Positions 1 to 10,703 of a stretch of DNA of 64,000 bases are shown here, piece after piece. Made by a program: the position numbers and the translations under genes. The notes below the pieces were generated by a model. That model did no database searches. It was not told the DNA's origin and was given only the letters and a program-made list of their open reading frames with translations. The stretch comes from Pseudovirgaria hyperparasitica. Taxonomy: Eukaryota. Numbering within the stretch: position 1 is the stretch's first letter; each line of letters begins with the position of its first letter. The stretch lies in NCBI GenBank assembly GCA_010093815.1, contig ML996568.1, one strand, 5' to 3'.

Positions 1-318
1 CAGACCAGTCGAGTTATACTGTATGTGGAATGGCGGCATCCACTCCCGACCGTCCAAGGATGCGCGCACGAATCAGAGGGGGTCCTGGTGTTGAAGCGGT
101 GCCACTGGAAGAAACGTGCATGTGCGTGTCTGTCGGTGATCTTTGGTCTTCTAGCCTCCCAAGAAGCTCTCGAATCTCTCTTCCCACAGCCCTGATTATC
201 TGACTCTCTTTTCCTCAATCCTTCTGACTCCAACCGCCGAATACTCCACCTGTCCTATTCCAATACACCACCCAGCTATACTGTCGTCGAAGCGCAGCTT
301 TCCGACTCTGCAAGAAAC

Positions 319-478
319 GTGAGTTTAGGCTTGCATCATTCCACCCATACTCTTCCGCATACCGCCCAACCCCTCCTCTTACGTCCCTTGGAAGCATCGA
401 ATGCAAACCACGCCAGTAGCCGTCGCGATAGAGAGTTGACTCATGATACGACGCTGACCGAGGTGTCCATGTACCTAG
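319..478 (+). promoter_or_regulatory. Putative 5'-UTR intron of yap1 containing three upstream AUGs
   Basis: Donor GTGAGT at 319, branch GCTGAC ~453, acceptor CTAG ending 478; ATGs at 401, 443 and 469 all lie inside it. Confidence 0.5.
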
Positions 479-646
479 GAACTCCTCAATCGCATTCATC
501 ACATTTCTCAGGTTCCGCTCAGGCCTATTCTCGCCTCGCGATACGTTCTGTTCCTTCGGAAGCCTCGACCGGCACAACGCGCCTTCTCGCCCGTTGGGCC
601 AAGCCAAACCCTATATAACTTTCGTAGAAGAGCACCAGCCACTGTT

Positions 647-2974
647 ATGGCAAACTCTAACAACCAGTTCTACGGTCCGGGCAGCCTCTCTCCTGACCAA
701 GAGCATCTGTTGATGGCTGCCTTGAACTCGAATAACCCGAATCCGCAAAACGACTATAAGTCGAATCAAGATTTTGAAAACAACAACGATGGGACTTTTG
801 ACCCCAATCAGCAATTCCCCATAGATGGCGTTAACCCCGCGTTCTTTCAAGGTCAGCCGAATGGCATGAATTTCAGCACATTCGACAATATCGAAGAAAG
901 CCCATACGTGGACTTTCTCGATGGTGACACAAGCTTCGACTTCGATGCAAGTCTTAATAATGGAGATGCTATGATCGGTGGACTTCCCGGTAGCAGCACC
1001 TCTCCTGAAGCTTATGATCATGACAATACCGAGAAACGAAAGAGTCCAGAAGATGACGCTGAAGATCCTGATGGGGGGGGCAAGAGAAGAGAGTCTGACG
1101 ACAAAACGGCCAAGAAGCCCGGAAGGAAACCTCTGACTTCCGAACCGACAACAGTATGTCTTTTTTACTGGTGCTTCCCATCAAATTCTCACATATTTGC
1201 AGAAACGCAAAGCTCAAAATAGAGCTGCTCAGCGTGCTTTCCGTGAACGTAAGGAGAAGCACTTGCACGATCTCGAGACCAAGGTTGCGGAACTAGAGAA
1301 AGTGTCCGATGCGACCAGTCATGAGAACGGCCTGCTCAAAGCTCAGGTTCAAAGATTACAGACTGAATTGCGAGAGTACAGAAAGCGTCTGTCCCTCAAT
1401 AGCTCCGGCGTGAATCATTCTCTTACGGGGCACAACGTATCATTTCTGTCGGGCATGGGAGGCGGCAATAACTTCCAATTCGATTTTCCACGTTTTGGTG
1501 GTCTTCCTGGCGCGCATATGCTCAGCACAGGGGCAATGAGTGCGGCCAAAGGCTTGTCGAATAGTCCTTCCTCTGCGCGCTCTAGCGTCGGAAACAGCAT
1601 ACACGTGAACAGTGGCATTGCTCAGCGACAGAACAGCAATGGTAGCGTTCAGAGTCCACGGACCCAATCAACTGGCGTTGCCTCACCAGACAGCAATGTC
1701 TCCTCCCAAGAAGTCCGTGCGGGGCAGCAGTCACAGTCGAATGCGCGCAGTCCCCCTCTTTATAACGGAGCGAGTACTCCGGTCGTCGATATTGGCCATG
1801 TTCTCAGTACCAATTCCAATGTCAATCGCGAGCGTACCGGCAGCTCTTCAGCACAATCGCGTGTATTCCAATTCAACAGCGGCGCCAACTCTTCAACCGA
1901 TTCCCCTTCTGCCTCTTCAGTTTCTCAATACGGTGGCGCCAACTCGTCATGCGACACTTCTCCTGAGCCATCCTATAACTCACCCATGACCGGAAAGGCG
2001 GACGCTCCTGATGGATACGTTTGTCATGGCAATTCCGAAGGTGAGGTTACCTTCTGCGAGAAGCTCAACATGGCCTGTGGCAACCCGCGAAATCCAATCC
2101 CTCGAGCGAAGTCTAACGCCAAACTAGCAAACCCCGTGGTTGAGCATTCCACCCATGTAAACGATAGCTCTGCTCTTGACATCTTGACGAACCAAAACGG
2201 CGGGCAGTTTGACCCCACCCTCTTTGGCGATTATCGGGATCCACAGGCGGCTATCGTAGGCGACGGAGACTTCACCGGGGGCTTCTTCGATGATGCTTTC
2301 AACTTTGGTTCGTATGGCAGCCCATTTGCGTCTTTCGGAGGCGATGGTATTACTCCTGCAACCTCCAGTAAAGCCAATCCAATCTCAGAGATCGAAAAGA
2401 TCCAAGATGGTGTTGAAGACGAAGTCGTACCGGGCGAGGATCCAGGCAAGTTCTTGAACTGTCATAAAATATGGTACGTCTTTCTTTTCTTCTATTCATC
2501 TCTTATTACTATCTCCTTTCTGCGATCTACGCGTCCCGCCCCTACCTGCAGACCAATATCCTCTGTTGTTGTGTTTCAAAAAAGTTCGTATGGCTCGCTG
2601 TCCGATTTCATCGCGAAAGAAGGTAGCCGACTGCGACGGTGATGAGCTTGCTATGTGTATACTGTAACGTGTATTTGAATTGAGCACAAAGGCATGAAAT
2701 GCCGCCATATCGGTTGCAGAACGAGGAGCGTTGAGAGACTGCGCTCTCCTTTGCAGCATGTCGCGAAGTTGGTGATAATGCCAAGAGAATGTTACTGACA
2801 CCAAACAGGGACAAATTGGCGCAACGATCTGACTTCAAGGACGGTACAATTGATATCGATAATCTTTGCTCGGAGTTGCGAGCAAAGGCACGCTGCTCTG
2901 AGAGTGGAGTTGTGGTTGATGATCAGGATGTTGAAGCTGCGCTGAAGCGTCTGCCCGCCGCAGACCGTGCGTGA
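647..2974 (+). CDS. yap1: AP-1-like redox-sensing bZIP transcription factor (Yap1/Pap1/NapA family); exons ~647-1153, 1203-2473, 2809-2974
   Basis: Basic region KKPGRKPLTSEPTT|KRKAQNRAAQRAFRERKEKHL plus leucine zipper; n-CRD (SSCDTSPEP...YVCHG...TFCEKLNMACGN); c-CRD (FLNCHKIW|DKL...IDIDNLCSELRAKARCSESG). Introns GTATGT 1154..AG 1202 and GTACGT 2474..AG 2808 keep the frame. Confidence 0.95.
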
Positions 2975-5900
2975 GAGACAACCCCGGCCACCCGCACGGC
3001 GTTAACGACGACTGCGCTGCGTGAAATCATTGGGCAGCCACGGCGCATCAAAGGATGATTGAAATGTATTGGGAAATTCAGGCGCAAGGAATATAGGTGC
3101 CAGCTAGCAAACATGCGCTGCATCATGTCTTCGGAATATCATGCACATTGTGGGTGTCTGTTTGCCAGTCAAACTGACTACGAACGACGTTTACGATCGA
3201 TCCGTATCGGAATCTACGCTCTTTGGGATACCTATAGGTAACGACTATGGATGGAATGGTTGTATGTATAATGAAGCTTGCGAGGCCTCCACTCTCTCTG
3301 CAGTGCCCCTGAGCATCCTGAGAAGTTGAAGTCGAGCACTCGATTTTAGATAGCAATATGCCGGTTACCAGTAGTCTTATTTTCTGCATTGACCCTCCCG
3401 TCAACTCGATGTTGCTAGGCTTGGCGCGAATTCTCCTTTGCTGCCTCGCTTCACCTTTTTTCCTCTCTCCCTCAACTCTCCCGATCCACCACTTCAGCAT
3501 CACAAACCCCCCTCTTCATCTCCAAAGCTCATTCAATCTTCTTGCCTTTCTCCTGATGACCATATCCTCCATCCTATCTGGCTAGCTGCTTTTCCACAGC
3601 TGCAATGTATCAGAGTGACGGCTTTTGGCTATCTTCCCTTGGCCCTGAAAAAGTCTTCAATACTGACTTCAGCCCAACACCATCTTCTTCGCTTTGATCA
3701 TTGAGCTCTGGTGGTAGCATCATAGCCAGTGTCTGAATCGTAAGTCTATCTCATCCGGACTTGATTGCCAACATCAATGGCAAAGATCTACTCCGCCTTC
3801 ACACACCCCGTCAAGACCTTCCACTGCAACCTCAAGCAGCACCTACCCATCACTACTTCCTTCACGATCGAATCTACTATCATCATGCTTCTAGTCTCTG
3901 TCAGCTCCCATGACACTTATACTGGAAAGGTACTGATGAGTTCCTTGCAACCAGTCAGTGCCGCTGCCGGTGAGTGTTTGACTTTAGCTCAACACATCAC
4001 GTAGCCACAACTTCAGCAAAGATGCATAACGATCTTGAAGGCAAGTCTGCCATTACAAGAAGCAGAAAGGTAAGCTTCTTCCTCTTCTCTCTAACGCTCT
4101 CCTTATTCCTACACTTCAGCACCTTGCTGTTGCTAGATCTTCAGCATCATAAAAGATGCCAACCCTTGTCACCATCACTACAAGCTCGGCACATATCGCC
4201 AGCATCACTTTGTAGATTTATCACTGTCCCTACAAGACTCTCTTGATATCTATCATGGGATTGCTGTACTACTTACTAGGCTTGTGAGTCTCAATGGCCT
4301 CGGCTGACAACCTCACTCCTGACGAAAGTGCACGAGGCTGAAACAGGCCTCTAGCACTTCAGCTTCATGATACAAAGTGTTTCTCCTTCTTGGAACAATT
4401 CGAGGGTATTGGTTAACCTTCACACAGGCTCGCTGTCTGGCTCGGATGGTGCGCAGACGGCAACCACGCCGGCGGTTACAGACAATTTATACAGAAGACT
4501 TCACGCTGAAGCTGCAGCTGCAGCTGTCGCTGAGCAGGATCGATCAGCAGAACATTATAAAGTAGAGTAAGTAGGTTTCCATCCTCACTTCAGAACCCAA
4601 GGAAATCAGGCTGACCTACTTTGAATGGCAGATTCGTAGTGTTAATCAAAGACCTCCTTTTGCCGCGCCAGGTTCTGTTCTGGAGAAGACGTGGTGTTTG
4701 ATACCTTTGCATGGTGACTTCTGACACATGATAGAATATTTGGATGGCCGTCTCGGCTTGCACGTCAGCTCCGTGAGCACCACCTACTCATGCTCGCAAT
4801 AGCAAGCACAGATCTGGCGATCGATCCGTCACCAGTGTATATCCACACTACCGCCGGTTCCTCCCGGCAGAAGAGCTCTAGTGTTTACTATTGCTTGGTG
4901 TCTCACATCTACCATGGCTTGGCTTCTTTCGCATAGCAGGCATGGGACTGCTACCGTTCACTATCTGCAGCGACCTGAGCATGTCCGAAAACTGCTCTGA
5001 GTGTGCTCAGCACGACTCGGACACACACGGGAGGTCAATATGTTAGTAAGTATCCCTGCTCTTCAAAATTACACGCCCATAGGCCTCGGGATGATGAAAA
5101 CACCGCACTGAGAGCAAATTTGGAGGTCCTCCACTAGAAGATGTTGCCAGAGTGTCACAAGTGACGAAGCCGTCGTATTGCACGCTCTGGTTTCGTCCTT
5201 TTTGTCACAGCAGCATTGCATGGGGTTATCGAGAACCAATGATTTATTCATTCATCTATGCCAATCTGACTTTCCCCTTACGATATTATCTTTATACACA
5301 TCTTGATCATTACGAAAAACAATGGACTAATTTTGTGTGGCAGATATACACTCATACTGGCGTGGTAAGATCACACTGTCAATGAACCCCAAGCTGTCGA
5401 CCACCAGGCATTCCACTCTGCAGCACGCATGTTACAATTGCATCCTCAGCAGAAACATTGACAACAAGGTACGGCGAGATGGCCAAAGAGAGCATCATCT
5501 AGCTCCAGAAAGATCACATATCATCTGTTATGTCCAGAGAGCGTCCAGTTTGAGACGACATATTCGCCCGCATTCATGCAGCACAAATCGTTGTTCCCAT
5601 AACGATGAGCTACCTCTATGGCTGCCTGCGTGCTTTTACAAGATCGCCGACGCGAGCTCGCTTCACATCACTCGAGTGTACGACCTTCTTGGTCGAATCA
5701 TACATTCTGCCAGTCCTCAGTTACCATTGACGACTTGGCGCTGCTTCGTTACGACGAAAGTACTGTCAGTACCTACTTCCCAGACTACGAAGTTCCTAGA
5801 AGAAACAGTGCAACTTCTCCTAAGTTGAGTCTGGATTCTCTGTTTGCCTGAGACTCCAAATCTACCATGGATCCCCCAGCAGACAGTGCTTGCTGCGGTA

Positions 5901-8900
5901 AGTTCTGTGAATCATAGCTTCTCAGGCTCACATCAATTCAATGGATGATATGGTGCTGCTGCACATCACGCAAGTGTATATGACCGTCCTGGTCATTCCC
6001 ATTTGGATAGAGGATCCTGAAAACATGCCGTCGCCTTAGCTCCGACAGTGATGAAGAGGACCGGCTTCCGCTCCAATCTCTGGAATGATCAGATGCTCAC
6101 TTTGGATGATACATCTGTCTGCTGTCAGTAGCGGGTAATTCCAGAGCTTGGAGTGGAAGCTGATCTTCTTCTGGGCACCTGTTTTCCTTCCCATTGCACT
6201 GTACAGAGCTGGCTAGCGACATCGCTAGAACTTCCAAGTGCTGGCGGAGCCGCGTTTAACCAATCTTCAAGCAAGGACACACAATAGATGTGCTCATCCA
6301 GCTCCTGCTCGACTCATCTTTTCTATGACTCAGATCAGGAGCTGGTGACCTCTCTCCGGATGAGAGTCCTTCTAGCTGTGTTTGCCGTTCCTGAGTGGTC
6401 CCTTTTCATCGAAGCTTCTTCATATTGTAAGCCCTCAAAGAAACTCTTTCTGATCCTATTCTAAAAACCATCCAGTATGTCATGACGCAAGTCTTCTTCG
6501 AAGATAACCCGCATAGCTGCCCTTTGCCATTTGTCTTCTTGGTCTCGATGGGACTGGGAGGCCAAGCCAGACCTCGCGGAATGGCTACGACAGTCGTTCT
6601 TGGAACGAGCTTGGCTGATTCCTCGCTCTGCCAGGGTTTCAGCCAAGCTGACTGGTCCTGGCTGGCGGTAGGAGCGTGGCTTGTTTAAGACGCATTATTC
6701 TCACCGGATAGACAGCGTCGATTCACCGTCGGCTGGGACCAATGCCGTATGATCGTCGTTTATGCCTTTGACGAAGTTAACAAAGCATCAAATGAAGAAG
6801 ACTTGTCTTGATCTCGAGCGAGATTCAAGTAGCTCTCGTAAAGCTACATGCTGCATTTTTGACTGACGAGCGTCGTGCCAGAAACAATGTCTGCATCATA
6901 AGGAATCAAGAGCGGGAATGTCAGCTCCAAACAAGAGTAAACTCACCACCATGGGTATAAGAGTATGTTCTAAAGATCTCCAGCAAATGGCATGTCAGAC
7001 TCATCTCGAAAAGTAGACTCGGACACATCCAGGATCTTTCACTTACACGTCTAAGCATGTGAGGAGACCTGGGCAAGTTATCAAACTGCCCTGATCGTGC
7101 CAGCCATGCTTGTTCGTACAATGCAACTCATCATCTCCGTGACCATCTTTGGCAGGCAGTCATGCTTCGAGTACCTAGATATGTGAGTATTTGTTTCCTC
7201 AACTTTGCTATACCTCACTAATGGTGTCCTCTTAGTGAGTTCGGAGCAAGCAACATCTACTATCAGTGTGCTGTGAAGTCTCCGCATGATACTTGCAGGG
7301 ATTAGTGCCACCAAATTATCCTAATACATACATGCAGCCGGGACGACTGCTTCAGTACCCCTTTACAGGGATGAAAACCCGGTCCAGCTCTGGATCTGGA
7401 CCTACCAAGACAACATCGCTGCCATCGAATAAATAGATTGCATGAAGCCACTTCGTGACTTACAAGGGTCAAAGCATGTTGAGGAGCTCGATCGGCAACA
7501 AGTGGTGGTCCGGGAGCGGTATTCAGATCAACGAGACTAATTACCAGCCACGGACCATGTTCTCGAGGACTCTTAACACCGGATGCCGCTTTTGGAGACT
7601 GCTTACCGTCTGCACAGCCCGGTTACCTCGCAGGGCAGGAAAAACGCGTTTGGACAAAACGTATGGAGAGCGCGCATAGACTGTGTGTGAATGGACTTGC
7701 GAAAGCGAGGGCTAGAGTCAGAGTCAATTCAAACATTTATTGCTAGTAGTGAAGTTCAGACCGTCTTAGCACAGAGAGCCGTAGCATTCAATCTCATGCC
7801 AAAAACCTATTACACAGCCAGAAACGTTTTGGTAATACGCTCTTCCCGTTCAGGAGTGTACCAAATATTGTTGGTGATGTCGCGTATGTGCCAACAGTCG
7901 GAATCCAAAAATTCGGTACAGCTGAATGATCGATATTTCAAATTCATACGTGGTGGGTCCCAGTATAACACGTGAAGGCTCTCATGTATCGACGGAACGG
8001 GGACTGTCAAGCAACTACGGAACGCAATGACCTGGCTTCCCAGCAACCTTATCCATATTCCTCGTAGGATTTACTGTACTTCGATTACGTCTTTCGCTTG
8101 GAGGGCCGGTCGACCGATCTGCGAACCACAACATTAGACTACGCTCAATTACAAGTACCCGCCCCTATGGGTCAGCCCTTCCAGGAGTGTTTCGCCTCAC
8201 AACGTGGCTAGCTAGGGCTATGCTCCTCCTACAAATCCTAGCACGCATCATGCGCATATACTAACCTCTTTCTTGGGAATTTGTCAAATTCTTATAGGTA
8301 GTTCTACGCATATGACCCGTTCTGAGAGTTGTGCAGAGAAAGGTATAGATGGATGGGCAGGTACCTCATCTACTAGGGATTTCTTAAGCTCTTTGTAACG
8401 TCTGGTTCTAAGTAAGTCTCGCCAAAGCATTGGTGGAATTGGCACACCTGGTATCCCTCAATACAACGCTCGTATTTCGTTTATTGGGCGCAGGAGAGTA
8501 CTCATTTAGGGTGAGCAGCAATCTGAAGAAGAGTAGGACTAGCCTGGCCTTTCTTCTACGATTCCTATTAACCAGACCGTCTAGTCCGATCAGATGGGCG
8601 ATAAGCAGTCGCCTCTGGTACTCTAACACCCCCGACTGCCATTTCGAGCTAGATCCGACCAAGTTTCGAACCTCTGCATCCTTTACAGCCTATGATAGAC
8701 AACGGAAAGATCACATCGGCTAGTCAGAGGCTACATGGATGGTATAAGCTAGACCGCGCCGGTCTGGGTCGTCTACCCGTATGGGTCCATCCTGGGCACC
8801 TAGTTTCACGGGATGCTTTAGCACGGTACGCAACGGGCCTCATCTATAGTCTTTGCCATCCCGCCAGTAAGCTTTTTTGAGGCTGACAACTGCAACATTG

Positions 8901-9762
8901 CTGGTAGTTACCATTGTGGCGCGTGGTGAGGCCTCCCATCGGTGGCACTTGCGATCAATGACATTCAATGCAGATCTGATGAGATCCAAGGCGCATATGA
9001 AAAGGAGGTATGCATTGTAATTACAGATATATCTCTATTCAATAGTCTAAGGCTGAGGACTGCATGGACCTCCTATGTTTTTGATCGAAAGGCGCACGAT
9101 TTTTTGCCAGAAGTGAGGGTGCAAAGTTGCAAACCCGAATCCGGATCCGAAGCTTCTGGAAGAAATGGACAGTTGCCAATAATTGGACCCGGCTAATTGG
9201 TCCAAGCGCTCTAGATAGATGTAATTAAGGTATCTAGTTGGAATGTCGCGCCTAACATGAAAAAAGTAACCTGTGATCGAAAGCGTGCTTTGCAAGCTAT
9301 ATCATGCACGACGATATACTCCTAATAGAGGGATCTTTAATTAGCGTCTTGCCTTTACCCAACGAAGTCAGGTCGGGGCGGCTGAACCTTATTTCTCCCC
9401 TTGGTATTATGTAGATAGACAATGCGTGTCGGGCACGATGACAGCGCCAATTCCTGCTTAGCGAAATGGGCTCCTAACAACCGTGTACTTTCGCGCATAT
9501 TGTCTGAACGACCTGCTTCTCAAACATTGATTGGTTATTTGGCAAGTGCTTTCTTTTTTTCTTCTTGTCACTCGACTGCATACGAAAACCACAGGGTTAT
9601 GTCACGCTACAGTTGTCAGTTACCGGTATACTCCCTTATCTTGCCAGTACTCATTTTACCTAGGCTTGACCATCCTAAATCCTTTTAAAGATGGATCTCT
9701 CTACTTCTGTCAAATGATCTGGGTAGAGACCGCACCTCATTCACAGTGAAGAGGTAGGAGAT

Positions 9763-10703
9763 ATGTCTTCTGCGGGTTCGAAACGGACATATGCTCGTCC
9801 AATACCCGAAAATATATGGGAACAGAAAAAAAAGCTTATCTCTGACTTATACTGCAGCAGCGAGATAAAATATAAGGACATAGTGCTTGCTATGAATAGT
9901 AAACACGGTTTTGAGGCTACGTGAGTTTAACATAACCCTAAGCTGGAGGTTCTGGCAGACGGGCAGATCTGACACATAACAGAATCGACCAGTACCGCAA
10001 ACAATTTAAAAAATGGGGCTGGAAAAGAAGGGCTGAATATAGCATTGGCGACTCTAATGGCCCTGAGGATTCTGAGGACCCTACGGAATCTGAGAACCCT
10101 GGCGACGAGGATCATGATGGCTGTGATCATACAACACCACACCCACCTGCTGCCATAATTAGCGACTACCAGTCATTCGAGACCAGCCAAGAGGTCATAA
10201 ATAACTACAATGCCTCTAGCGAACAACACCGGAGTGACGAGATATCGTGGGACCAACTTGAGGACCTTTACTTTTCCACGTTGGGAGTTGGAGCTGGAAT
10301 AAGTAGCCTCATGACCAATGCAGTCGATCCTCCTGGCACAAGCACGATCGACCCGCGCAGACTAGACACGCCTGAACATAGTAACATAGAGCGACACTCT
10401 GTTCTCTACACTACTGATAGTCCCTGGATTAGCCTTGCTGCTCTCCGCCACAGCTCGATGGCAGTCACTGCGGATGAATGCAGACATAATAGCATAGCAG
10501 ATCGACGAACCTCTTTTCTGGCATCGTCATGGACCTCATCGGGCATAAGAACCATGAGATCAGCGGCAGAGCGGGCAGCGAAAGAGCAGGCAGCCAAAGC
10601 TCGACCCGGTGATGTCCCAGTGTCATCAGAGCTAGGATCAAGCTTCGATGCCTCACAGGGATCGGCATGTTGTCTTAGTACGATGTATGACATTATTGAC
10701 TGA
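9763..10703 (+). CDS. Clr5-domain protein; exons 9763-9920 and 9983-10703
   Basis: Manual translation MSSAGSKRTYARPIPENIWEQKKKLISDLYCSSEIKYKDIVLAMNSKHGFEAT|IDQYRKQFKKWGWKRR fits the Clr5 pattern W..hk..I..LY....l..vm..m...ygF.a...qYk..lkkWg. Intron GTGAGT 9921..CTGAC..AG 9982 joins in frame to ORF 10281-10703. Confidence 0.75.

Noticed and set aside
2639..2798. Confident C/D-box snoRNA call in the yap1 intron
   Set aside because: A C-box-like motif is present, but the only downstream CTGA is the branch point and no guide could be verified; kept only as part of a hypothesis.
9933..9941. TAACCCTAA as a telomerase RNA template or telomeric seed
   Set aside because: A single 9-mer inside a 62-nt intron, compatible with chance.
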